A stretch of 64,000 nt of DNA from Lingula anatina (lineage: Eukaryota > Animalia > Brachiopoda): NCBI GenBank assembly GCA_051362555.1, contig CM120642.1:17856001-17920000 (forward strand), given 5' to 3'. A model generated the notes under the pieces. That model saw nothing but the letters and a program-made list of their open reading frames with translations, was not told the DNA's origin and searched no databases. The position numbers were made by a program, and so were the translations under genes. Numbering within the stretch: the stretch's first letter is position 1; each line of letters opens with the position of its first letter. Below are positions 24,890 to 38,904 of this stretch, one piece after another.

Positions 24890-25049
24890 TACAAAAAATA
24901 ATCTGGGGATTCTAAATCTAGTTGTCTGTCATAAAAAATTCAGAGGAAATTTGTTGACGGTATTCTCTTATGGCCTTACTGGTAAGAGATATTCTTCATT
25001 CCCTTGGAAATGATTGAATGATTATCATCTGTACTGAAACAAAACTGCT

Positions 25050-25215
25050 GGAGACAGTTCCATGACAAGTTGGAGACAATGCCAAGTCGGAGACAATGCC
25101 ATGATATGTTGGAGACAACATCATGACAAGTCGAAGAAAATGCTGTGATATGTTGGAGACAATGCCATGACAAGTTGGAGAAAGTGCCATGACAAGTCGG
25201 AGAAAATGCCATGGC
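25050..25215. repeat. Minisatellite, 22-bp unit ggagacaatgccatgacaagtt, about 8 copies
   Basis: Contiguous diverged tandem units with no spacers. Confidence 0.9.
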
Positions 25216-26110
25216 GTACTGGAAAAATGTCATGATTTGTCAGAGACAAAGGCATGATTTGCGGGAAACATTGATATTACACATTTCCTTGAATCCTGGT
25301 TTTGGGTGCTTTTTATCAAAAAATATCCATATGTGGGCCTCTGTGGCTGATAACGTTCAGTACAAATATATGGCAATGAAATTATGCAAACTGACTTTCC
25401 CAATTTTTGTCATTTGCATATTTTTTGCCCTTTTTTTCCGATTCATCACTTTAAAATTTTGATCTTTCCTGTTAGTTTTGTAGCTTCATCTTTCTAATAG
25501 ATCATTTCCAGCATGTGTTGTAAGTTTTCATGCTCTGTCTTATGGTAATAGTTCCTAAATTCTGAACACCTCATTTTTTTCCAAAATCTTATTTCATTTG
25601 CCGCTCAAGATGTATCTTTTCAGTTTTTTAGCCAAAATATGTTATTTCTGACAAGAATCTAATTTGTGTTTCTTACCTGTAGAGTTAGTTGTATTTGTTT
25701 CTAGATAATATAAGCAAGTTCAACATTTTTGGGTAATGAAGTTGTGAAAATGGTGCTATTTGGATTGAGTGAGTATTGCCACACTTTATGAGACTGTAGG
25801 TGTATTTTTATAAGGTGCTCTGTGTTAACATATAAACCAATGGAACTTTTCAGTTTAGATTATACCTTGTAATGACTAAACATGGGTCTTACCTCTTTTA
25901 AACAAGTTCGGCAAAAGTTCTTTGTAGGACATATGTGCAGAAGTCTGTATATTTACAAGCCAAAATCTATTGGCCAAGTTGAGTGCAAGGGCCAGTTTCC
26001 CAGTTAGGAAATTCTCTAACAGAATATCTGTAAATCTCTGTTAATCTCTCTACCACTGTACAGATAGAATGCAAAGATGTATATATATATGCTGTATGTA
26101 AAAAGACTTT

Positions 26111-26397
26111 GACTGTGTTCCCATAACCTTATCGTACTAGCAGGATCGATCTGTCTCAGTGGGCATTTTTGCTAAGTCAGCTTAATTGTCTGTCATTCCT
26201 CCTTGCAAAGCAACATGAACAACATAATGGAACACAAAGTTTTCCCAACTCACCAAAGGATTTTTTTTTTTTTTTTTTTTTTTTTTTGGGGGGGGGGGGG
26301 GCATACATTTAGGCTGCTAAAACTGAATGCTATTTAGTGAGAATGCCTAAGGAGTTAGATTGGTCCAGCTAGTATGACAGGATTATTGGAACAGTCC
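26111..26397. mobile_element. MITE family C copy with internal poly-T/poly-G
   Basis: gactgtgttcccataaccttatcgtactagcaggatcgatc ... gattggtccagctagtatgacaggattattggaacagtc. Confidence 0.7.
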
Positions 26398-27216
26398 AGT
26401 TTGTACTTAATGTCACTTTCAGAAGATGCAAAAACCACCCCAAGGCAGGATTTAGGGTAACCTCCCTAAGGCAAACAGATAGTGAACAAAGGAAATTTGA
26501 ATGACATTGCCCTTTTGAAAAATCTATATGCTTGAAATAATGGCCGAGCTATCTTGTAATATCTAGGAAGGAGAACATTAAGGAGTTTATGTCTTTGGTT
26601 TATTCCCTGAGAAGGGCTTCATCAGTCGTTGGCATATCTTGTGGTTTGAAATGGAAGTTGGACAATGTATATTGAAGAAATGTTTTAGGACAATTTTTTT
26701 ACCATCCGTTTCTTTCATTTGTTATTTAACGTGCAGATATCATCATCAAGAACCTTGATTTTTTTCCCCCGCTGGTGAAAAATGATTATTAAGAAAGTAT
26801 TAATAAACATCACATTTACCAGGGTTTCAATTTATAGGTTAATTATCCATATTGAATTTAATATGGAATATCAAAATGATAGTGGAAACCACTAGTAAAT
26901 TGTAAAATTTTTAAATTATTAAATATATAATATAACAGACTATATAACAGACTGAGTGTTGGGTGTCTCGCTCCCTTGCAGCCAGTCATAGTTTTAGGCT
27001 TTTTCACATCAAATGGTATATTTTAGCAATGCAATCTGTATTGGTACATTCTGAGAAATTGAAATGCAGATAGTCTGGCTATAATTACATAACAGAGCCA
27101 CCTAAACACAGCCTCCAGTCTCTACAGGGCCAATTAATCAAGTTAACAAAGCAACAAGAAGCAAATTTGTGTGGAGCATATAAAGGGGTAAAAACCCATG
27201 TGGCATAATTGCGTAT

Positions 27217-27390
27217 CCCTTATGGACATTTCCTGTAGGGTCCTCTGGGAGGTCCTATAGGAAATTGGCCCAAAATCCTATAAGGGTTTTGTAGGATAAA
27301 TCCTAGATAGGAATCCTGTTGGTCATCCAATAGAATTCCTACAGAGTCCCAAAGAGTCCTGTAGGATTTTATAGGAAATTTTTGTAAGGG
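27217..27390. mobile_element. Non-autonomous element with CCC...GGG termini and subterminal tcctatagga-like palindromic repeats (CACTA/EnSpm-like)
   Basis: cccttatggacatttcctgtag / ttataggaaatttttgtaaggg; 3-bp TSD tat; repeated cctrtagg motifs. Confidence 0.75.
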
Positions 27391-29872
27391 TATGGAGGGA
27401 CCTCTCAAGGTATAATATATCAATAGCAAACTGTATAACACATGAAAACCATTCATATAAAGGACCATAGACGTTTTCCCATTAGTGATACATTGGCCCA
27501 TCGCAGTACTATCTGCAGTGGCAGTTCCAGAACCACTTATTTATCTTGGGCTGAAGTTAACAGTGGTGAAAACTGCCCATATCTCTAATACTAATACATG
27601 ATTTACTGCTTCCTGATGAGCTGATGAGCAAGTAAAGAAGGATGGATTGCTAAGGATATTGGAAGCAATTTGTCACATTAAAAAAGATATACTGAGGCGA
27701 GGGCTAAAAGACCGACTCAGAATCAAAGTGAACTTGGTCAGGATTTATAAGATGGAAAAGAAAAAAATAAATAAACAAGCAGATACTGGTCAGGAACTCT
27801 TCAAAGCGTAGAGACAAAATTGGGAGAAATACATGATAACTGTCGATAGGCTTTGACCATATTCTCTGTCTGACAGTTTCGTCAATTCTGAATCAGCACA
27901 TTTTTTTCCCAGAAAAAGGCTTCTCATGTTCCCACAGTTTGGCATCATTAGCACACATTCCACATATTTCTGCATTAACTTATAACCATTAGCAACATTG
28001 TTTGCGTATAGACAGGTTAAATTGATAGAAACTGTTCCTCGGTGGGCTTTTGGGCCCTTGTGTATAACAAAATTCATTGCATCACAGTATCTTAAATCTC
28101 TGCATCGGGGGATCAGTATGGCGCAAATGGAGATTCAGCAAATAAAATCAATATGTACCGTTCCTGCTTTGCAATTACCTTATTAATTTCAGTTGGAGCT
28201 CCCAACTTATTCTCCTGCCTTCTCTCTATGGGTACTATTTGGCTCTTTTTTGAAGGAGTGCCCATTAGTCATATTCTTCATGTAGGCGATTATCTTGCTT
28301 ATCATCAGTTTTGTCATTATCTCGTGTGTTCTAGCCCATTTTAATTTTCATCTCTACTTTTTCTTTCCAAAACCAAACTGTTATATGTTTGAAAAATGTT
28401 TGAATTTTCATATGATTATTATTTTTATTACAAACTATTGAGAAAATATGAAATAGACTTTAAATATTTTGAAAATTAAAAGAAAAATTTCAATTAGAGT
28501 CTTTTATTCAACATTTGATGTAAATTTAGAGTAATGTCACCAAGAACAGTTTGAACAAGAATCTTGAAAAAAATAATAATAAAGACAATTACAATATTTG
28601 GTTAAGAACATCATTTGGTCCACGGCTGTTAGGAATTTTCAGTTCAGTCATATATATTCTCTCCAGATAGCATCATTCATTCTCACTGTAAAAAGGTTAA
28701 CACCGATATTTGCCATTAAACAGGCTAACAATACCAATTCAAGAAAACAACTAGAGTTAATGGCTTTCAAACAGGAGCTTGATTCTCTGACTTAATCACA
28801 ATTTGCACATCAGTTGACCATGGTTTTGTTTATGCAGAGTCAATAGCTGTGACTCACTGCTTTGCCAACAGCAACACAATTTCTATGCTTGTGGGCAGGC
28901 ATCCATTCCATGTCTTTCACTTTCACAGTAATTTCTCTCCCAAGGGGGTCAATCAATCAATTTACAAAAAAGGAATAATGCTCAGGCTGTAACATTTAGT
29001 ACTTTCTCATTAAGGAAACATAGGGTAGGAAGAGTTTTGTTTCTGCATATCACGGCATCCAATGTAGGATGTGACTTTCTGGTTAAAAGCATTGCAAACA
29101 GAATCGGATTCAGAGAAAGTCAAGGGTTTTCATTTTGTATGTAAAGGAAGGGAGAGGTTAATAGCATTTAGCATAAGTGGAAAATGAATGTGGTCTGCTT
29201 GCTATTGGCCATCTGTCTAGGTCCAAAACAAAACATGGAAACTAAAACATTTTTAAAAAATCCTTTATCTGCCACACATGTTGTTTAAACCAATTGGCAT
29301 GGAATCTTTGAAGTATTTTTATTATATTTTTATTTTATGACTCATATTTTTATTTTATTATGATACCATTGGTCACCAGCAAAAGATGTTACATTTACTG
29401 AATAATACTTCGTGAAGTGTATGATTGCACGAATCATACGCATTTTAGTACTCTTTGCATACCATGTGTGCATTACGTCTGCATAGTTGGACACATATGG
29501 CAATGCAAAGTGAAAGGATCTTTGAATTAAAAGCTTTGTGAAAACTGCCCCAAGCATGACAGTCTCTTTGTAACGAATACGGGTGGAGTTTTGCTAACAG
29601 AAGTTATTACAGGAACAAACAGTTGTGCCTAATCAGAGCTAACCGGGAAATAAGTGAACAAGTGATCTGTTGATTTGATTAGTGCATTCAGCATTTTCAC
29701 CTGTGGTGATCAGCAAGTCAGAATTCCACATTGTCCTTTGGGAAAGGAATTAATGGAAAGAATGCATTTTTGTTGGAATCTGCAAATGGATAATGTTTTT
29801 TCGCTTGAATTTTCCAGAGTACAGTATATCCTACCCTGATTTCTGCTAATACACAGGTACTAGTAAGTACTC

Positions 29873-29996
29873 CAGGTTGTATAAGCATGGAGGGAGAGAA
29901 GGCCAGGGGATACAAAGGAATGGTCCCTCTTTTCGAAAAAGGTCCATTCTGAGTTAAAGGAAAGAGCCCTTTTGAAATTTGCTGGATATAGGCCTG
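29873..29996 (-). mobile_element. Degenerate, internally deleted MITE family A copy
   Basis: aaaaggtccattctgagt and cccttttgaaatttgctggatataggcctg match the family A interior and end. Confidence 0.65.
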
Positions 29997-32900
29997 TACA
30001 TATATTAAAACATGGTGGCAGTTTACAGTTTTATTGAAGATTTTTTAATGGTCAAGGTTTTGTTTGATAATACCAATTAGAAATTAAAAATTTTAAGCTA
30101 ATTGTGGGATATTTTGTCCACTTTCATCAATATATGCTCCTATGTATTTTAAACAACTGCAAAAGATATTCCTTGAGCTTCACTTTTTAATGATCAAATA
30201 AAAATACTGTCAGGATAGAAGCCTGTTTATAGGAGATATATGGATTGATTGTTCAGGGGAATCTGCATTATATTGGTAATATATAGATCTACCTTGTATT
30301 GGCCAGAAGATACCTTTTAATTTAATACTGAAGTGGCTAAATAAAAGGTACCTTGACAGGAGACTTTTCATATTAAATTTGTAAATTTTCCCAGTTGTTA
30401 TTCAAAATATAGTGTCTGCTGCAGTTATATATGCCCTGGCCTGGTAGCAAGAATACCACTCAAGATCATTCAGTGAAAGTTGGAAATTTCATGATTTAGC
30501 TACAGTTGTTGGATACAGAACTGAACACTCTCTAATGCCTAATGGCCAAGCAGTTTATGTTTGAAAATTCATGGAAGGATCTTGAGTGGCTAGACAGTGT
30601 CAAAAAAGATTTCAGTGAAGTTTGGTTGGGAATTTATTGTTATAAAAATATTTATAAGTCCTAGAATATAGCATGGCCTTATAGTCTCTGTTCATTTCTT
30701 GATTTAATCACAACTTAAGTCATATAATAAGAACAACTCGGATAGAATTTTTTACTCTTACTACAAAACCTTTCACCATTGGCCATTTGTCAGATATACA
30801 ATAGAGTGGAATAACCTGGATGCTAATACCAGAGAAAGTGTGATAACAGCCAGACAAGGCAAATATATTGAATCTGATTTGTTTTCTGTTCTTTACGCTG
30901 ATTAGCCTTTTGGCTGATCGGAAAACATTACCCAGAAGTCTGAAAAGATTGCGGAAAAGTGATAGTAGCTGGCTTCTGCAATCGAGAGTCCATTTTCATG
31001 CCAAAACATACAAGACAATCAAGCTGTCAAATTTAACTACGGCGCAAAGATAACAGCAGGAAATTGTGCAGAGCGTGATATGCAGGTTTTTAGAATTGAT
31101 GAATCGTTTTGATGCTCCTAAACTGCCAAGAAAGCATGCAGCACTGGGAATTAAGACTCCATTGTAGAGGAAGAAGGCACATCAGTGTCTGCCGGACTAT
31201 GCAGCTGTAATTAATTTTCTTGAATAAGTATGATCATGTCGTACAGAGGAAACCGATACATCAGTCTACATGCTGGGGCATTATTTTGTTTGGCTACGTG
31301 GAAAAGTCGTGACTAGTTCACTTTCCAGGGGATACGCATTTGACAATGGCCAGAGAACAGTTCCAATATTTATTGTTATACGCGTCCATTCTGTAGGAGA
31401 TTTTAGAGATATTGTATTGTGGGAGGGAAGGATGGGTGCGAAGTGAAGTATAGGAAACACATATGCTGTGTGATTGATTGGAAGAATACCAACACATCAT
31501 GTTGTGATTGTAGATAATTACGGCCATTCAGGCTGAAATTAACAAGTGAGATAATTTCATTTAAACATTTCTGTATTGGTTTTCTGAGTGAAAGACAGTT
31601 TATCAAGCTCTCGAGGCCTTCTTCTTTTACATGCACATTTGAAATCTTGACTTTGATGGTGATCTGATTGCTTGGCACCAAACACACACTGGAGATAGTG
31701 ACGTCTTTGCCGTGTTTATGAGTATAACTACATCAGACTCCATGAAATGTTATTAATTCCAGTGCATTGTGCAAATGACATGTTTGATAGAGTACGAGGA
31801 GATGGAAGCGTAGTGTAAATTGATTTCTTTCACTCTCGGCCCAACAAAACAAGTCACAGCTGAGGAACTCACTCCATTCGGACAATCTGTCAATAGGCTG
31901 TCTACTTGAAAAGTCACTGCTGATTCTACCTCCGGTATTGCACACGTTGGTGGGATAGGTAGGTAGAAGACGGAAAGAGCCTCCCTTCATTCTGACTCTG
32001 GCTTGGAATTGGGACATTTTTTATGCATGCTGTGAAATGGGTTTTCCAGATAACCAGTGCCGATGGAGGTAGAATTTTTATCGAGAAAAAAAATTGCATA
32101 CTCCATTGAATGGCATCAATTTAGATCATTAGGAGCCATAATGAAAGGAACGACAGAGCAGTAGATCTTAAATGCTGCAGATTTTTTTTGCTTTTTGGTA
32201 AGGATGTATTTGTATGGAGAGAAAAACGACTGGGAGATTTCATGTGGATATGAGGTATATGTTGGACTTAAATTTATGGTGACATACTGAGGCATTGGAG
32301 ACATTGGTGCTAAGAAGCTGAGAACATTTCTGGAGCATGGAATAAGACAGGTCTAGTTTAAATGAAACTGTCATCTTGAAATAATTGCAAAATGCTTTGC
32401 CTTCATTTTACTATTTGAAGGTGTAGTCTAACTTTCACAACTGGGATTCAGGGCATGTACCTTTCTTTTGGTGGCAAATGGCAGAATATCCTAAGGAATG
32501 CCAGACTATAACAACTAGTGTGCATATTCAGATAGAACTGGTCAAATGTTACTCATACCATTACACAATCTCGCCCCACTCTGTTCTTTGCCTTTGTCAA
32601 CAACAAGACTGAGCCTAACAAGAGTTCTTATTAGATTAGTGTTCAATAAGAACTAGGGTATCTCGCCAATCAAGACACGTTCAATAAGGAAGTCATTGAA
32701 ATTGAATGTTGCTTTTCCTTGGGGTAATTTTAATGCCTTCAGAGCCAGAAGCAGCAGCTAATTCCCATTTTCCTCAGTAATACACTGGTTCTGAACAAAC
32801 AGGGATGGTGCCACAGATCTGGTCGTTCATGCATTACAATTGAAAGGTTTTGGTCCCATCGCCCCACACAAATTAGATACAATTTTTGTACCTTGCCACT

Positions 32901-34749
32901 TTCTGTTTGGTAAACAAGCTGGAGAGATGTCATTAATAATTTCATTGTAATCTCGCTACAGCAGGGATGCTTCTCTATGAAAATTGAGTTAGGAGGAATG
33001 GATGGCATGCATTGAAATTGTAATTGTGCACTGAATGATCTACTGAAGAGCAAGAAAATTCACGTTCACTTGTCTCTTTATCTTTAGTTTATTTTTTCTA
33101 AAATATATATATATTGAACTTTGTCAAGTTCCATCCTTTACGTTAAAACTCTGTTTTACACCAGGCAATGAACCAGTTGAAAACTGTTTGTCCTTCAAGC
33201 TACAGTCATTTTAACAGATCCAGTTGAATTTGAACTGATTGTAAGGTTCATTGCCAGTACCTTAGTATTTTATGCTGTTAGAGGTTTCAACCACAATGGC
33301 GCTGTTTTTCATTGGATTTAGTTGACTTTCCATGTTCCAGTAGGCCATGAACGATGATAGGCTCTGTGCTTGAGGGACTACATTACTTGTGCAGCTTGCC
33401 CATTATTCTATCTGGTCACAGAGGCAGTTGGCTCCTGTAAGCTGACAGGATAGGAGATAAAGACCAGAGGGTTTATAAGAAAACCCCTGGGTATTTCATT
33501 GCCTGCTGGCTTTTTGACTCCAAAGTTATATTCAGAGACAGAGCAGTCAAGTTGACTTGGGTTTTACAGCTTCCAGTCCTTCCACATCAGCTAAGCAAAT
33601 GATTCTAGGATAATCTATTCTAAGCGTTATTTAAATCGCATCTATCCAATTTATCTATTTAATTCAGTAACTGGAAAAATGATTTTGAAGCATTAATGGA
33701 ATGAAAATACGAGCTCAAAATTAAAACCGAGCCATTGGGAGAGCAGTCCTTGACATTCTCCTCTAAGTTTTTAAGCACAACTGTATAACCTCCGTGGTCC
33801 TCGGTTCCATTACGTCGTACAAATACCGGGAGGATCAGTCTTCTCTCTGGAGTGACAGATTCAATTTTCCACGCTTTGTTACAGCGATGATGACTTGACT
33901 TGGAAGACCTGAAGTGTGCTTAGCCTGTCACTTGTCTCTGTAGATAATATTCCTCATGGAATCGGGATTCATTGAGTCTGGGTCCCTTATCAGTGCTTGT
34001 TTGGTAAACCTGCTGCTTCCAAGCAGTATAATGGTGTTGCACTGCGTCAGGTTTCGATGTCACATTCAAGCTGAGCTTGCGGATCTCAAATACGTTTGAA
34101 GTATTTGGGGTCAGTTTGTCAGTGTATAATTAGAAGATGGATTTATTTACGTTGAGAAACATTGACAAATATTATTCATTACAAAAGAATTTATTTCAAA
34201 TTTGAAGTTAAGACGTGTGACCTTGTAGGGCTTTTGGACACAGTTGTACTGTACCTATGATATGGTCACTAAGTATAATCACGTTAAAACTTTGGAAACA
34301 TACTATCATCAGTGGATTTTACTAAAATACCAGTAGGGAAGCACATTCTTCTGAACTTTGTCATATATGAAGCATACATTTTACGGAACATATTATGATG
34401 ACAAAAATATCATTCCTGAATATCTGAAGAAGGCAGTATCTTACACATGGCAAAGACAACATGTGAGAGCAAAAGATGCAGATAAGAAATGTTTAAAATA
34501 GATGCAGTTTTGCAAGGATGTGGCACACACCAGTGCAAGAACAAAGATGCGAGACGTGCTGATAATGCCAGTTCAGATTCCATGCAAAAGTTTTCACTGA
34601 AACACGAGTTATCTTCTTAAACATGATTCTTATGAACTCAGCTAGACATTGAATGGCTTGAATCCAACTGTAACTTATTGGGAAAAGACTAGTGGATTTA
34701 ATGGATTCAATGTTGCTTGTCATTGGCTTATGCCAACCATTGAGAAACA

Positions 34750-34909
34750 ATGTTGCATAATCAGAAAGCTTCCCCTCGGACACAGTTTTTACACATCTCG
34801 CGGAAGTTCAACATCAATAGTATGCTATGGAAGGGCAACTTCATGTGCCGAAAATTACGTCGCTGGGAGAGTCCATGGATACTACAGGACAATCCACTCC
34901 CTGCACAGG
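34750..34909 (+). CDS. Candidate first coding exon ending at CAGG|gtaaag; frame uncertain
   Basis: The frame from ATG 34750 ends in phase 1 (compatible with acceptor 49187). The frame from ATG 34827 (MEGQLHVPKITSLGESMDTTGQSTPCT) ends in phase 2. Sequence switches sharply to AT-rich after the donor. Confidence 0.3.
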
Positions 34910-35581
34910 GTAAAGTTATGATTTTCTTTATTTATGGGGTGTATGTATTTATGATAATTATATTGTAGTATGTATGAATTTTATTTGAGTTGCTTTATAT
35001 AGTGCAGTAGATTTTTTTTCTTCTTTTTTTTATATAGTGAAGTGTATCAGATAAAAATATTCATGGTGTCTGCATAATATACAGAATGCCATATAAATTT
35101 TAAAGGTTTATGTTGAAAATTATTTCTGATAACATCTTTTCTTTATTTCCTGTTTTAATTGAATAAACTATCATCAGGGTTATCTTTTAGTTCATGCGAT
35201 TCCTAGAACGCAAAGATACTAACTCTGAATACACAAGTAAATGATCCATCTGCTAATAGGGTAATGGTGGCCAGCACTGAGAACTAAGTGATCTTAATGT
35301 AGACCATGGGTGTGATTAGGATACGAGATGAGGTTCTCATTGCTGGAGTTATTTACTGCCCCACTCCCAACATCTCCCGTTGGAACAAGGTTGTTTTGTG
35401 TTCTGTTCGTGGTGTGATTTTGTAACATATTATCGTATGGTGAATTTGGATTTTTGTTAAGTCCAAAATCAGGAAAGTAAAAAAAAAAAAAAAAAACCAA
35501 CAATTTATTGTTTGAGACATATTGATTAATGCAGAATCTTTCAATGTAACTACTATTATCTTTGCCAAAATATGCATTGTC

Positions 35582-35584
<3 letters not shown>

Positions 35585-35655
<71 letters not shown>
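35585..35655. repeat. (TA)n microsatellite
   Basis: Seen directly. Confidence 0.97.
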
Positions 35656-35659
<4 letters not shown>

Positions 35660-35768
35660 AAAAATATATTCAGTCTCTTGTGTATAATTATATCAGAAAA
35701 ATATATTCAGTCTTTTACATATAATAATTACATCAGAAAAATATATTCAGTCTTTTATATATAACTAT
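35654..35768. repeat. Tandem repeat, ~39-bp unit, 3 copies, adjoining (TA)n
   Basis: atcagaaaaatatattcagtct... three times. Confidence 0.8.
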
Positions 35769-38700
35769 GTTTGATGAGTGGTACTGTACTGCATTGCATT
35801 AAGTGAAGGTTTTTTTAAAAGATGATAATTACTACACAAGTTTTGCATTAGACTGATATTTATGTCTTTGGGCATATTTCCCCCAGTCACAAATAATAGC
35901 ACATGACATGTGGAAATGTTGGTTCATTCTTTGTTTTCAATTATAAATGTGTGGTGAAGAATTCATGCAAATCCGATAAAGATTGTTAGATGAAAAATGC
36001 ATTACATAACATGCACAATAAATTGATCATTCATTACATGTATTCATCATCACGTAACAAACCACACTGTGATTTACTTCATTAAAGATGTAATAATAAC
36101 CCATCAAGGAAAATATGAGTGCCTGTTAATGTCTATTATACAAAATGTAATGAAATTAGCCACATTTGCAGTATTATCACCATTGCTGAAAGTATTGGCA
36201 CTTCCAGTACAGCATAATTACATCACTGTAATTACTGTACTGAAAGTGCCAATAGCTTCAGCCTCGCTGATTTCTTGTCACAAGGTGTCTGTGCTTATTG
36301 CCGTACAACTTTTATGGTGCCAGGGTTCCCCAGTGGCTCTGATAGAATTTTGTAGTACAAATAATTATAGTACAATGCATTTCAGTTACTGTACAGCAAA
36401 GTAATGAAAAAAAAAAATAGAGTGTGTCTGAAAAAATGTTAGACCTGGGAGGTAATTGATGATTAATGACAAGTTTAGACACAAAATTGGAGATCAAATA
36501 AAATCCTGTGAATTTTTTAAGCATGTGGGAATTTTGTTCACTTGTGTTAGGAAAGTTTGTAGAAGAGTTTTATCTCAACTTATTTATTGGAAAGGAAACG
36601 AATAGGTCAGTTTATCGATACTGACTAATTAATTTTAATCAAGTCACCCTTGTGTATATGTTTATATCTATAACTGGATCAAATAAGGGTTATACAGACA
36701 GATTTGTTTCATTAGAGACATCTGCAAGTTGGTAAAAGCTTTGCTACATTTTCCATAATTGTAGTCAGTGATTCAGAAATGATCCAGATAGTTACGCAAT
36801 CCTTGTCTGTCTTGGATAGGTCTTTGCTCCATATAATTATTATAACAGGAGCAGCACAGTAGGAAATACAGTCAGTTTTCAGACATTCTCTTTAAACTCA
36901 TGGGTGCTATACAGGCACAAGCTCAGCATTAGGACAAATGAGTGATAGAGGTGAGCTGCTGCTTGGCTGGTAACTAGTGCTGGCGACATTACAAGATGAT
37001 CAACAAAACACACCTGGCTCTCATGGTGGTTTGGACACCATAAATACAATTGCAAAGTCACAGGGGATGAATAGTTGGTGACAAATATGTCAAAATGCAA
37101 AATTAAGGTTGATTGTGTTTTCAAAATGCTTCCTGCACTCCTCACTTTCATCCTTGCTTTATTGGTCCTTCAGAACACCACATGTTGTCTTGTTCAGATC
37201 ATTTGCACAATTTAATTTAATTACTATTATAATATCTCCTTTATTATAAATAACTTCTGTCTGCAATCCCAAATTTGGTGTTTTTTTCTGAACATCTTAG
37301 GAATTTAAAATGTTAGCATTATATTTATGTCATACTGCTGTTATCATTGATGTACCTTGCTCATTTTTATAAAAAAAATGTTCCTATGCTTTTAAGCAGT
37401 GGAGATGTGTTTACTTAATATGATCTAAGTTTGACTATATCAGACTCAAGTTATTTTATTGTGGTTCAGAGGGTGAATTTTATTTATTTATTTATTTATT
37501 TATTTAAGTGTGAATGCACATTAGTTGTACATGTATTGTGTAACTATGTGGCTGATTGATTGCATGGATGTTTCATTGGATAATATAAGGAGAGCAAAAG
37601 ACCTCTTCCTCGAAAAACTCAATGTTGGCAAAATTGCAGTTTTCTGAGGATATGTCGATTGACCTCTGTTCCATAGGTGACAAGGCATTGGCCTTACTAT
37701 TTGTTCATAAACACCTAATCAAACCTGAAGAATTAAAAACATGAGCTACCTAAATCTGTAGTCTGGGGACAACAGTTGCTCCTGGCTTGGTCATGCAGGG
37801 ACATATTGTTGTCTTTGTTGTTTGCGATTTTGTTGGTTTTAGTTATTTTGCATGATGTTTAGACATTTCCTCCTGTAATAAGCAGAATTATTAAGTGACT
37901 AGAAACTATTACTTTTCAGACAGTGTTGCACTCAACCTGACAAACCCCCCATATATCTTCCAATAAGTGGACAGAAATTGTTGTAACAGTCTGCTAAAAA
38001 TATTTTGTTATTAGTGCCCCTGTGTGAGTCTTCCACAAGTGACAATTACTGGCGTCAGCACAGAAGATCTTACTTGTTGAAGGGGTGCATGTTTCCACCA
38101 GTAAGAAAAGCTTGTGTTGCATGCCTGTTTTTTCCTTGGAGAATTTCAGTTAATGAGTGAACTTTTAGCACTGCCTCCAGACATTAAGTCATTAGACACA
38201 CTAATAGCTGAAACAAATGGAGTAATTGCAAAATGAAGACATCATAATGATGAATCAGACGTCAAGATACGTGTTCAGTTTGAGGTATTTGTACGTGTTT
38301 ATGACATATTCGCACTGTACATGACGTATTTGTACTGTACATGAACAACAGATTTTTAAAATTATACGTGTATTCCATCACATATGTCGACTTTTGATGT
38401 TCCCAATATTGTTATTTTTAATCCAAACATTCAGTGATCAATTTTTGTCTAATGTCCCAAGTGGCCCCTAGTGTAAACTGAAAATATGTTACAAGGAAAT
38501 AATCTAAAAAGGCTTTAAATAGAAAGTGGTAATTGTTATATGTAGTTATATACATTTTTCTTGGAAAATGTTTCATCTTCAAATGAGTTTTCTACAATGT
38601 TGTATTCCCATGGTATATTGTGAGGGTCTTATCTGGATTGCTTTGGCAGTGGGGAAAAAGGGATATCTTGAAAGCACGTGATTGCCAATTGTTTAAGTGA

Positions 38701-38858
38701 AAATATTTGGCAGCATTTGAGTACCTTTTGATAAGGATCTGTCAGATTAAGAAATTCTGAGAAAGTTACCCAGGCCAATGACCGTTTTTAATATACAACA
38801 GAAAAACAAGAATTAAATTATGTTGAATATATATCTGGTGTTTAAAGAAATATTTCAA

Positions 38859-38861
<3 letters not shown>

Positions 38862-38903
<42 letters not shown>
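38862..38903. repeat. (CA)n microsatellite
   Basis: Seen directly. Confidence 0.95.

Positions 38904-38904
<1 letters not shown>

Noticed and set aside
25050-25215. CRISPR-like array
   Set aside because: Units are contiguous with no unique spacers, there are no cas genes, and the context is eukaryotic.
38237-38284. HNDESDVKIRVQFE|gt, PB1-like peptide before a donor
   Set aside because: In-frame stop just upstream, with no ATG or acceptor to open the frame.
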